DNA of 64,000 nucleotides from an uncultured Bacteroidota bacterium. Its GTDB lineage: Bacteria > Bacteroidota > Bacteroidia > Bacteroidales > GCA-2748055. The stretch's first letter is position 1; each line of letters begins with the position of its first letter. Under the pieces are notes generated by a model. It did no database searches, had not been told where the DNA came from, and saw only the letters and a program-made list of their open reading frames with translations. The translations under genes and the position numbers were made by a program. The stretch spans positions 12,808 through 76,807 of the forward strand of contig CAWANQ010000011.1 of NCBI GenBank assembly GCA_963783435.1, in the 5' to 3' direction. Of this stretch, positions 47,635 through 56,844 are shown piece by piece.

Positions 47635-48390
47635 TTATTCTTTCTCCAGCTTGTTGTAGTATTTGCTGACCATGGCTGCACCCACAATCCCGGCTTCGTT
47701 CATCAGTTTGGCAGGAACTACTTTGGCTTTTGTGGTGAAGTGGTGGAAGAATTTGTCTCCCTTTTTGCTGGCTCCACCCCCGATGATGATGCGGTCAGGC
47801 CACACGAGCTCCTCCATTCTAAGTAGGTATTCATTAAATCGTTTTGCCCAGGTATCCCAGTCCAGTTTCTCCTTTTTTCGTGCTGCATCAGTGGCATATA
47901 GCTCTGCATCGGCACCATGAAGTAGGATATGCCCCATCTCCAGGTTGGGAACCAGTTTTCCATTTGAGAAGATCACAGTTCCAAGTCCGGTACCGACAGT
48001 TACCAGCAACAGGGTGCCCTTTTTACCATTGCCTGCCCCGAATTTTACTTCGGCCATTCCAGCTGCATCGGCATCGTTCACCACATGCACCTTACATCCT
48101 GTGACTGCAGAGAAGAGCTTGTTCAAATCCACATCAATCCAACTATTGTCAACATTCGCTGCCGTGCGGGCAATGCCCTGTTGAATTACTCCGGGAAAGC
48201 CAGCCCCAATGGGGCCTTTCCATTTGAAGTGCTTTGCAATCTTGCCTACAACTTCAGCAACAGCTTCCGGGGTGGCGGGTTGGGGTGTTGGAATACGGTA
48301 ACGTTCAGTGAGCAGTATCCCCTTTTTAGTATCAACAATGGCTCCTTTCACACCCGAGCCACCAATATCGATACCCAGTATTTTTTTCAT
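47635..48390 (-). CDS. ppgK: polyphosphate glucokinase (ROK family)
   Basis: 251 aa. Motifs are [17 protein letters not shown] and GAGFPGVI, and the length is typical of PPGK. Confidence 0.8.
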   Translation of the reverse strand: MKKILGIDIGGSGVKGAIVDTKKGILLTERYRIPTPQPATPEAVAEVVGKIAKHFKWKGPIGAGFPGVIQQGIARTAANVDNSWIDVDLNKLFSAVTGCKVHVVNDADAAGMAEVKFGAGNGKKGTLLLVTVGTGLGTVIFSNGKLVPNLEMGHILLHGADAELYATDAARKKEKLDWDTWAKRFNEYLLRMEELVWPDRIIIGGGASKKGDKFFHHFTTKAKVVPAKLMNEAGIVGAAMVSKYYNKLEKE

Positions 48391-48550
48391 TCTCTTTTAT
48401 ATTGAATTAGTATTTCATGAAAGTTTCAGTAGCAGGTTTAAAAATAGATTTTTTTCTGATCCCTGTGAAATAAATGCCCTGAAAATAGGCGGCCGAATGA
48501 TTATTTATTAACTTAGACTAACACTAAGCGTTGATATTTAGTTATTTATT

Positions 48551-48940
48551 ATGGATAATCCCCCGGAATATCAGTGGAATGAGAAGCACATTCTCGTAGT
48601 CGAAGATGACGAATCGAGTGCCTTTCTGTTGGGAGAGATCCTGAAAGGAACAGGTGCAATTATTGACTTCAGCACCGACGGTGAGGATGCCATTGAATTT
48701 ATAAGGCAAAATCCGGATACAGATTTAATCCTGATGGATATCCATCTTCCTGAGAAGGACGGATTTACCGCTACCCGTGAGATTAAGTCATTTGCCAGGA
48801 ATGTGGTGGTCATAGCTCAGACGGCCTACGCCCTCTCCAAGAACTACCGTGAGGCCAAGGAGGCCGGATGCGATGATTTTCTGACCAAACCGCTAAGTCC
48901 GGGTTATCTGCTGGGTCGTATGAACGATTTTCTTGCCTGA
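48551..48940 (+). CDS. stand-alone response regulator receiver protein
   Basis: 129 aa. REC motifs are ILVVEDDE, LILMDIHLP (phospho-Asp) and TKP. Confidence 0.85.
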   Translation: MDNPPEYQWNEKHILVVEDDESSAFLLGEILKGTGAIIDFSTDGEDAIEFIRQNPDTDLILMDIHLPEKDGFTATREIKSFARNVVVIAQTAYALSKNYREAKEAGCDDFLTKPLSPGYLLGRMNDFLA

Positions 48941-51337
48941 TTACTCAAAAACAGCTTTGTATTTTATATGGGACTCTACAGCATCTTTGCTGAAGTGATC
49001 ATTGCGATACTTATTCTCCAAATAGAGGCTGGTTTGATCCAGGTAGTGAGGAGATGCGGGTACACCCGATGCACCGGTTGGTATAATGGAGAGAGAGAGG
49101 TCCCAATCAGCCGTGTGAAAGATGTGTCTTTCTGAAGCTCCATGGTTTGCGATAAATGAGTGTCCAATTGGGTAACTGTAAGGACAGACTGTATGCGCGG
49201 CTCCTCCGATTGAATAGGGTCCCCTGTTTACTTTAAAAAGCTTATCCACAATGGCTACATTTCCCATGGGATGGATAAGTGCCACCTTATGGAGATCCCC
49301 CCATTGCCACAGAGACGGATCGGGTCCATACTGTGAGGTGAGGGTATCTACTGTTTTCACAAAAGCAACTTCGATGTTGTCCTGGAAAGATTCCATTTTG
49401 TCTTTGGTTTTCACATTGTCACACCAGCCCGAACTGCCTGTGATACTGATCTTATTGATTAAATTTAAGGCAATAATGCCGTTCCCAATCAAAAGAGAAT
49501 AATTTTCATCTCCTAACTCATCATGGAACAGCGCTCTGTAAAGTTCGAGCCGAAGGATCTCGAAAATAAGTGCTGCGGGGGAGGAGGAAGCCATCTGGTA
49601 GTCCCAGGAGGCCAGAATCTGTTGAGCCTGAAGGTAGGTGCCATCCATTTTATCTTCCAGGGCATCAAGGTAGACAGGTGTCATTAATTTGGCAAAGGCC
49701 GAGGTCTGATCCCTTAACATCCGTTTAAAATCATCTGTCCCCAGTTTCTCCTTTTCTTCCAGCATCTCCCTGATTCGGCCAATGCGATAGGGCAAGCTGA
49801 ACCACGATCCGATGTAATAGGGATAGTTTTCATCCACCGTCTTGTTGTTTGCACTTGACACATATCCACACTCCGGATTGTAGGTGTAGGGAAGTTCTTC
49901 AAATGGAACCTGTCCAAGCCAGTCGTAAAGGGAAGTGTCTCCAGGATAGACCAGAATGCCTCCTTCACGTCGGATGGGTACCCCGGCGGCAGTCTGAAGG
50001 CCAATATTGCCATCCCGGTCGGCATAGGCGATATTCTGACTGATAGAATTAAAGGTCTTCACAGCATCTCTGAATTCGCTCCAGTTGGCTGCCCGATTCA
50101 GGTGGTGCACCGATCTAAGTTCATTGCTGTATTCATTGCCCTGCCACCTGGCAGAAATAACCTTGTCTTCTACCCCCTTGAATTGGCTTACAACCGGACC
50201 CCGGTGGGTAAACCTGTTGATTCTGATGGTGGGTTCTTCTTCACCTTTCACATGGATCTCTTCCTCCACTACCCTCATATCGGTCCATACCCCGTCCAGC
50301 AGGTACTGGTTGCTATCGGCCGGATTGATGGTCTCCAGGTAAAAATCCATATCATCTACAGTTACATTGGTCATCCCCCATGCAATATTTTCATTGTGTC
50401 CGGCAATGATAAAGGGGGCTCCGGGAAGAGCTACACCAGTTACATGGAGTTCTCCGTCCACCACCTGGTGCATCTGGTACCAAATGCCTGGTGCCATTAG
50501 TCCCAGGTGCATATCGTTGGAGAAAATGGGCATTCCGGTTTTACTTTTTTTACCTGATACAGCCCAGTTATTTGAGGCTTCAAAAACCTGAAGACCCAGA
50601 TCCTCAATAATTTGTATGGCATCTGGAACATGAGATTGCAATTCCAGCTTCTCTCCTGAACTCATAAATTCGGGGAAAACCGGAATACTCTGGAAGCTCA
50701 TATCAGGCAGTAACTCCCTGAATAGAGAATCTGAAACTGCCTGCTGCAACTTGAAAAGTGCCATATCGGTATTCCAGCCCGATGACAGGTCCCAGGCCAT
50801 GTATCCAATTAAGTTGGCAGTGTGTATGGGTTCCCAGGGTTCAGGCTTGTAGCCAAGCATCGCGAATTCGAAGGGGAGCTTTTTTTGATGCTGATTGATA
50901 TATTGATTGACCCCATCTGAATAGGCTTCTAGGGCCGACAATATTTCAGGACTGGTTTTGGCAAGGACAAGTTTTGATTTTCCAGGGAAATCCAGTGCCC
51001 TGAAAAGCTGGTCGGCATTTACCAGACCGGGATCAAGTACCTCGGACAACCTGCCCTGGGTAATCCTCCTCATAAGATCCATTTGCCATAAACGGTCCTG
51101 AGCCATCACATAACCTACGGTGCGATAGAGGTCTTCTTCATTGCTGGCATAGATTTGCGGAATGCCCATCGAGTCGCGCAATACGGTGACCGGGAACTCC
51201 AGGTTCTCCAGATCAACACCGCTATTGTAATCAGGCACTGCACGGGTTTTCAGGTGGTTGAGGAAAACAATTCCAACTGCAAGAACTACAAAAATCAGAA
51301 TGAGAATAAGGGTGATAATTCTTTTAAAAGATCTCAT
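48941..51337 (-). CDS. penicillin acylase family Ntn-hydrolase (possible acyl-homoserine-lactone/beta-lactam acylase)
   Basis: 798 aa with an N-terminal TM anchor. The autoprocessing/nucleophile site is EASNNWAVSG. Confidence 0.85.
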   Translation of the reverse strand: MRSFKRIITLILILIFVVLAVGIVFLNHLKTRAVPDYNSGVDLENLEFPVTVLRDSMGIPQIYASNEEDLYRTVGYVMAQDRLWQMDLMRRITQGRLSEVLDPGLVNADQLFRALDFPGKSKLVLAKTSPEILSALEAYSDGVNQYINQHQKKLPFEFAMLGYKPEPWEPIHTANLIGYMAWDLSSGWNTDMALFKLQQAVSDSLFRELLPDMSFQSIPVFPEFMSSGEKLELQSHVPDAIQIIEDLGLQVFEASNNWAVSGKKSKTGMPIFSNDMHLGLMAPGIWYQMHQVVDGELHVTGVALPGAPFIIAGHNENIAWGMTNVTVDDMDFYLETINPADSNQYLLDGVWTDMRVVEEEIHVKGEEEPTIRINRFTHRGPVVSQFKGVEDKVISARWQGNEYSNELRSVHHLNRAANWSEFRDAVKTFNSISQNIAYADRDGNIGLQTAAGVPIRREGGILVYPGDTSLYDWLGQVPFEELPYTYNPECGYVSSANNKTVDENYPYYIGSWFSLPYRIGRIREMLEEKEKLGTDDFKRMLRDQTSAFAKLMTPVYLDALEDKMDGTYLQAQQILASWDYQMASSSPAALIFEILRLELYRALFHDELGDENYSLLIGNGIIALNLINKISITGSSGWCDNVKTKDKMESFQDNIEVAFVKTVDTLTSQYGPDPSLWQWGDLHKVALIHPMGNVAIVDKLFKVNRGPYSIGGAAHTVCPYSYPIGHSFIANHGASERHIFHTADWDLSLSIIPTGASGVPASPHYLDQTSLYLENKYRNDHFSKDAVESHIKYKAVFE

Positions 51338-51351
51338 TGTGGGGATGCTAT

Positions 51352-52437
51352 TTAGGATACGGGTTTAAGATGTGCTCTGAGGCGAATGGGTTGGTGATCG
51401 CTGTATTGAAAATCTACATCAATGGTCTCTACCTTTTCTAGCTCTACATTGGGGGACAACAGGTAGTAGTCTATCACTGTGGTTAGTGTGGTGGACTGGT
51501 CATAAGGTGTTGAAACACGTCGGTTTGTGGGTAGTTCAGGGTCATAGGCCCAGGTCCATTCCGGCCCAAGGTAATCCTTATCCACATAGGTGAGATTGAT
51601 GGTGTCGAACAGATGGGAGGGAAGCTCAGGGGCAAGTCCGTATGGGGTCTGGTTCCAGTCTCCGCCCACAATCACATAGTTTCCTTTCTTGTATTCGGAT
51701 TGAAGAAATACCCTTAAAAATGACATCTGCTGGGTCCTGAGGGAACCATCGTCATAAGCAGAATTGTGGGTATTTACAATGAGTAACTCTTTCCCATTGT
51801 TCAAGCCAAAGCGGTTCACCAGAAAACATCTGTCGAGCATAAATAATTTCATAGGCCAGGAATAATTCCCTGGAAAGCTGTGACGCTCAACGCTTAGGGG
51901 GCTGTATTTTGCCAGGGTCATCAAACCAGACTCTACTTTGCCCATGGGTTCATTCAGCGGGATGGGAATAAAAGCCACATTGTAGTTTTTCCCAAAACTA
52001 TAGTGATAATCAACAAATAACTCCTTTACAATCTCATATTCATTGATGTGATAGCTTCTTTTGGAATTTTTATCTACCTCCTGGAGAAGGATAAAGTCAT
52101 AATCCAAATAGTTGGAAAGGGTGCTGGAAATTCCTTCCATATTCTGGAGAACACCCTCCTCGGTAGGACGCATCATCTCCCCTCCGTCGTAGAAAAAGTC
52201 CATGGAGGCATCCAGACCGGCGTAGCCAATGTTCCAAATAAGCAGATCCAGGCTCGCAGTATCGGCGATCTGTTCTGAAGGATTTTCATTTACATAAGAG
52301 GTGACCTCTGCGGGCCGATAATCATCTATTGTTGCAAAAACCAGAAAAAGCAGAAAGCCAACAACCAGGATAAGCAAAAGATAAAGAAAGGGGCGGATAA
52401 TACTCATTCGGATAGGGTTAACAACTCTAAAGTACAT
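51352..52437 (-). CDS. endonuclease/exonuclease/phosphatase (EEP) family protein
   Basis: 361 aa with an N-terminal TM helix. EEP motifs are LLIWNIGY, ILLQEV, VNTHNSAYD, GGDWN and SDHQPI. Confidence 0.8.
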   Translation of the reverse strand: MYFRVVNPIRMSIIRPFLYLLLILVVGFLLFLVFATIDDYRPAEVTSYVNENPSEQIADTASLDLLIWNIGYAGLDASMDFFYDGGEMMRPTEEGVLQNMEGISSTLSNYLDYDFILLQEVDKNSKRSYHINEYEIVKELFVDYHYSFGKNYNVAFIPIPLNEPMGKVESGLMTLAKYSPLSVERHSFPGNYSWPMKLFMLDRCFLVNRFGLNNGKELLIVNTHNSAYDDGSLRTQQMSFLRVFLQSEYKKGNYVIVGGDWNQTPYGLAPELPSHLFDTINLTYVDKDYLGPEWTWAYDPELPTNRRVSTPYDQSTTLTTVIDYYLLSPNVELEKVETIDVDFQYSDHQPIRLRAHLKPVS

Positions 52438-52508
52438 AATAATCCCAAATTCTGAAGGTTGGTCATGTAGAAATTATTTATAAATTGACCCCCGCTAAAC
52501 TCTACTCT

Positions 52509-53868
52509 ATGAAAAACCGATTGCTTTCCATCTGTTTTATAAGCTTAATATGTGCTGCCACGTATGCCCAGGAAGCCGAAGAACTTGCACCTCTGAAACA
52601 AGACAAGGTAAAAACGGGGTTTAACCTGGGAGGTGTTCCCGTGGTGGCTTATGATTCGGATATCGGGTTTAAATATGGGGCTCTGGTGAACTTATACTGG
52701 TATGGGGATGGTTCAAGATATCCGCAATATGATCATTCGCTTTATATGGAGTGGAGCCGCACCACCAAAGGCAATGGCATCAATCAGATTACCTATGAAA
52801 CTGATAAATTATTGCCTGGGATCAGGTCCCTTTTTGAGGCCAGCTACCTCACTGAAAAGGCACTTGATTTTTATGGATTTAATGGGTACCAGGCTGTGTA
52901 TGACCTGGATTTTGAGCAGAATGGTTACGATTCAGAAGGGTATGCCAACAGGTTGTATTACCGCCACTCCAGGAAGCTACTAAGGCTTAAGGCCGATTTT
53001 CAGGGGGAGATCATCGGTCAGAAGCTTCGCTGGCTGGGTGGGATCGCCTACTATGGCACTACCATAGACTCGGTGGATATTGACGGCTTAAATGAAGGCA
53101 AGGATGAGGATCTGCTGTCGCACAACTCCCTCTATGGAAACTATGTGGATTGGGGAATGATAAAGGGTGACCAGGCCAATGGTGGAAATCATACCATCCT
53201 CAAAGGGGGACTTATTTATGATACAAGAGATAATGAACCCAATCCCTTCACAGGCGATCTGGTCCGAAATGCAGCTACATTATGCACCCTCATTTATGAG
53301 CAATACGGATTATGGCTATTTACGTCTGATTCTTACCCATCGGCAATACTTTACCCTGATTCCTGAATGGATGAACCTGGCTTACAGGGTTTCTTACCAG
53401 GGCAAAATTGCAGGAGAGATGCCTTTTTACATGATGCCATTTATGTTCCAGAGTGCACCCAAACTTACCACTGATGGATTGGGAGGTTCAAAAACGGTTC
53501 GTGGCGTCAGGCGCAACCGGATTGTTGGGGATGGATTTGTCTTTGGAAACTTCGAGTTGAGAGGAAAAATTCTGAGGACCACCCTGTTCAAGCAAAATTT
53601 CTATATCGCACTCTCTGCATTTGCCGATGCCGGAATGGTAGTTCAGAAATATAATTTTGATTATTCAGGATTGCCTGATGAATTGCCGGCTGACCTGCCA
53701 GATCAGATCATCGACCTGGAAGCCAAGGAGATTCCTCATATAGGATTTGGCGGGGGGATTCACTTTGCCTTGAATCAAAATTTTATAATCACCGTTGATT
53801 ATGGCATGGCAGCCAAAAAATCGGATGGAGATACGGGCTTATACATCAACCTGAACTACCTTTTTTAA
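52509..53868 (+). pseudogene. Omp85/BamA-like outer-membrane barrel protein, split by one extra base
   Basis: ORFs 52485..53366 and 53167..53868 join as ...YDTRDNEPNPFTG|IWSEMQLHYAPSFMSNTDYGYLRL... if one base near 53256-53259 is skipped. The C-terminus ...LYINLNYLF is typical of OM barrels. Confidence 0.65.
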
Positions 53869-53882
53869 GCTGAAGCCAGCTT

Positions 53883-54899
53883 TTACAGGTGTTTGCTTTC
53901 ACTAACACGCGGATATAAGCGAAGTGCGTTTTTGTAATATATAAGTTCCAGAACCTCTCGGGGTAAGTTTAAACCTTTGATTGCTTCCATTCCGAAGAAG
54001 CTGCCTTCCACCATATCATCACTTTCAAGAATACGAAAACAACGATTATAGGCCTTGGCTCTGTTTAGGTTTTCTTCATTTGCTTCCCATCGCCCGATAT
54101 CAGTTCCAAATAAAATCCGGTCGGCGTATTCAATCATAAAATCCCTGAGGTTTTCAGAAGATACCATATTGAAATATTGAAAAGTTGCCGCAAGGTCCAC
54201 ATGGAAATTAGGATATGTGGAAAGGAGAAAACGTAGATAATCGATTTGTGCATCCTGGCACACCAGCCATGAACCATGGGCAGCAACAATTTTTAAATCA
54301 GGGTGCTTACTCAAGACATTATGTAGTCCAGTTATTTCCCTCCAGTATTCTACTGGATCTGCACACCACGGAGTGCGGTTTCCAAAGGGACCATTGGGAT
54401 CGGCAATATGCAAAGATGCAGCCAGGATTCCAAGTTCTTCCATCTTTGCAAACATGGCCTCGTTGGCTGGATCATCCACATAGGGGAATCCTTTTTCGCC
54501 CTCTTTTAATCTTCTGTAGTATGGTCCATACCAGATCTTATATCCAATAAACCCCTGATCGCGTTTGAGCTCCAGGTCATTGGGCTTATGTTTTAATCCC
54601 CGGGCAGCTTCGTAGTCTCCATAAGCACAGAGCATTCGATTCTGGCTAAGCAGAAGAACAGAATCTGGATTTGTAACCGGATGATTTCTGTCGCTAAGGT
54701 TTATCCACATGGCCAGATCCGTCGAGTATTCAGTCAACAAAATATCCCTTACATCCAGATATTTTTGAATGGCTTCATAGTCATTTCCAGCATGTGTATG
54801 AACATCAATTCTTGGTATATCGGGATAGTTGGTTTTTATCTGTGATAATGCTTCTGAAACAAGCAGAGTTAGCATGCAGATGGTAAGTGCGGCTCTCAT
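53883..54899 (-). CDS. amidohydrolase-2 family metal-dependent hydrolase (secreted)
   Basis: 338 aa with a signal peptide. Motifs are RIDVHTHAG, AAHGSW and LFGTD. Confidence 0.75.
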   Translation of the reverse strand: MRAALTICMLTLLVSEALSQIKTNYPDIPRIDVHTHAGNDYEAIQKYLDVRDILLTEYSTDLAMWINLSDRNHPVTNPDSVLLLSQNRMLCAYGDYEAARGLKHKPNDLELKRDQGFIGYKIWYGPYYRRLKEGEKGFPYVDDPANEAMFAKMEELGILAASLHIADPNGPFGNRTPWCADPVEYWREITGLHNVLSKHPDLKIVAAHGSWLVCQDAQIDYLRFLLSTYPNFHVDLAATFQYFNMVSSENLRDFMIEYADRILFGTDIGRWEANEENLNRAKAYNRCFRILESDDMVEGSFFGMEAIKGLNLPREVLELIYYKNALRLYPRVSESKHL

Positions 54900-54922
54900 A
54901 TGACTATACGTTTTTGTTGTCC

Positions 54923-55579
54923 TCAGGTATTCACATTACATTCCCTGTAAAACTGGTCCAGGAACTCCAGCATGTATTGATGTCGTCCATCTGCCATGGC
55001 TTTACCTGTGGAGGTATTCATCAAATCTTTCAGCTTAAGAAGCTTTTCATAGAAATGATTGATGGTGGGCGCATCCGATTTATGATAGGCTTTTGGATCT
55101 TTGTACTCCTGAAGAGGGATGGAAGGATCATAGATAAGCCTGTTCTTAAAGCCTCCATAGTTAAAGGCTCTGGCAATTCCGACTGCACCTATGGCATCCA
55201 GGCGGTCGGCATCCTGAACGATTTTGAACTCAATGCTGTTGATGCGATTTTGTGGAAATCCGCCCTTGTAGGAGACATACTTAATGATGCTTTGAATATG
55301 CTTAGCTGTTTCGCCCTTTACCCCCAGCGTGCTCAGAAAGTTGAAGGCCAGCTGACTCCCCAGGTCTTCATCTCCCCCGTTAAATTTTGCGTCTGAAATG
55401 TCATGCAGCAATGCAGCCAGCTCGATGGTGAGCAGATCTCCCTGGCCCTCCTGATCCCAAATGTATCTTGACATGTTCCACACCCTTTCGATGTGATACC
55501 AGTTGTGGCCACCTTCCGCATCAGCCAGCAGCTCCTTTACAAAAGCAACCGTCTTTTCTATCAAATTCTCAGCTTCCAT
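54923..55579 (-). CDS. HD domain phosphohydrolase
   Basis: Motifs are GHNWYHIERV and LAALLHDISD. The ATG at 55579 is preferred to the GTG at 55582. Confidence 0.85.
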   Translation of the reverse strand: MEAENLIEKTVAFVKELLADAEGGHNWYHIERVWNMSRYIWDQEGQGDLLTIELAALLHDISDAKFNGGDEDLGSQLAFNFLSTLGVKGETAKHIQSIIKYVSYKGGFPQNRINSIEFKIVQDADRLDAIGAVGIARAFNYGGFKNRLIYDPSIPLQEYKDPKAYHKSDAPTINHFYEKLLKLKDLMNTSTGKAMADGRHQYMLEFLDQFYRECNVNT

Positions 55580-55580
55580 C

Positions 55581-55632
55581 ACTACCCATTACCCATTAAC
55601 CCATTAACCCATTAACCATTACCCTTCTACCC
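55581..55632 (-). repeat. array E (7 units of 7-8 nt: ACTACCC ATTACCC ATTAACCC x2 ...)
   Basis: Counted directly. On the minus (gene-sense) strand it reads gggtagaagggtaatggttaatgggttaatgggttaatgggtaatgggtagt. It occupies almost the whole rnfA-to-HD spacer. Confidence 0.95.
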
Positions 55633-55643
55633 GTTTAGCGCAG

Positions 55644-56216
55644 CTAAACTATCCCCGCAAACCCCATAAAGGCAAGGGCCATCAAGCCGGCTACGATGAA
55701 CGCGATGGGAACGCCTTTTAAGCGAGCCGGTACATTCAGCAGATCCAGCTGCTCCCGAATCCCTGAGAAGGTAATCAGAGCCAGGCCGAAACCTACCGCA
55801 TTTCCAATGGCATAAACCGTACTCTCCAGCAAATTAAAGTCCTTTTGAACTGCCAGGACTGCCACACCCAGAACGGCACAGTTGGTGGTTATAAGAGGCA
55901 AGAAGATTCCAAGTGCCTGGTAGAGTGGGGGACTGATTTTTTTCAGGATGATCTCCACCAGCTGGACCAGGGATGCGATGACCAGAATAAAGGTGATGGT
56001 CCGCATATAGATAATATCCAGAGGAACCAGTACCGAATAGTAGATCAGATAAGTGACCAGGGTGGCGATGACCATCACAAAGGTCACAGCGCCGGTCATT
56101 CCAATGGCAGTCTCGACCTTGCTGGAGACGCCTATAAAGGGGCAGATTCCCAGGAACTGGTTGAGTACAATATTGCTGACAAATACAGCGCCTATAATGA
56201 TTAAGATATATTCCAT
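55644..56216 (-). CDS. rnfA: Rnf electron transport complex subunit A
   Basis: 190 aa and polytopic. The RnfA pattern is FVSNIVLNQFLGICPFIGVS, and it is last in the rnfBCDGEA order. Confidence 0.95.
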   Translation of the reverse strand: MEYILIIIGAVFVSNIVLNQFLGICPFIGVSSKVETAIGMTGAVTFVMVIATLVTYLIYYSVLVPLDIIYMRTITFILVIASLVQLVEIILKKISPPLYQALGIFLPLITTNCAVLGVAVLAVQKDFNLLESTVYAIGNAVGFGLALITFSGIREQLDLLNVPARLKGVPIAFIVAGLMALAFMGFAGIV

Positions 56217-56218
56217 GG

Positions 56219-56806
56219 TCAGCTGGTTTTTTCTTTGAGCATGTTGGCTAATACAATCAGGTATCCCAGGGCAATAAATGCTCCCGGAGGCAGGATAAAC
56301 AGAAGCAATCCATCCCCACTAATCAGTTTCAGGCCAAAGAAGGCACCGCTTCCCAGCAGCTCTCTCACTGCCCCAAGCACCGTAAGTGCCATGGTGAAAC
56401 CAAGTCCCATTCCGGCCCCATCCACCAGGGAGGACCAGATGGTGTTTTTAGAGGCAAAGGCTTCTGCTCTTCCCAGCACCAGGCAGTTGACCACAATCAG
56501 TGGTATAAATAGACCCAGCGCATCAAACAGAGAAGGAACATATCCCTTCATCACCAGTTCGACCACGGTCACAAATGAGGCAATGATCACAATAAACGCG
56601 GGGATCCTTACCTTATCCGGGATTACATTTTTCACAAGCGAAACCACCAGGTTGGACATCACCAGCACAAAAGTGGTGGCCAGTCCCATCCCAAGTCCGT
56701 TAATGGCCGAGGTGGTCACCCCCAGTGTAGGACACAATCCAAGGAACAGCGCAAACACTGCGTTCTCTTTGATAAATCCTTTGCTAAAATTTTTCCACTG
56801 ATTCAT
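56219..56806 (-). CDS. rnfE: Rnf electron transport complex subunit E
   Basis: The RnfE pattern is FIKENAVFALFLGLCPTLGVTT. The ATG at 56806 is preferred, because the track start at 56854 would extend into repeat array F. Confidence 0.9.
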   Translation of the reverse strand: MNQWKNFSKGFIKENAVFALFLGLCPTLGVTTSAINGLGMGLATTFVLVMSNLVVSLVKNVIPDKVRIPAFIVIIASFVTVVELVMKGYVPSLFDALGLFIPLIVVNCLVLGRAEAFASKNTIWSSLVDGAGMGLGFTMALTVLGAVRELLGSGAFFGLKLISGDGLLLFILPPGAFIALGYLIVLANMLKEKTS

Positions 56807-56844
56807 ATGTAAGTATAAAGTTGAAAGTATAAAGTCTATTTTTT

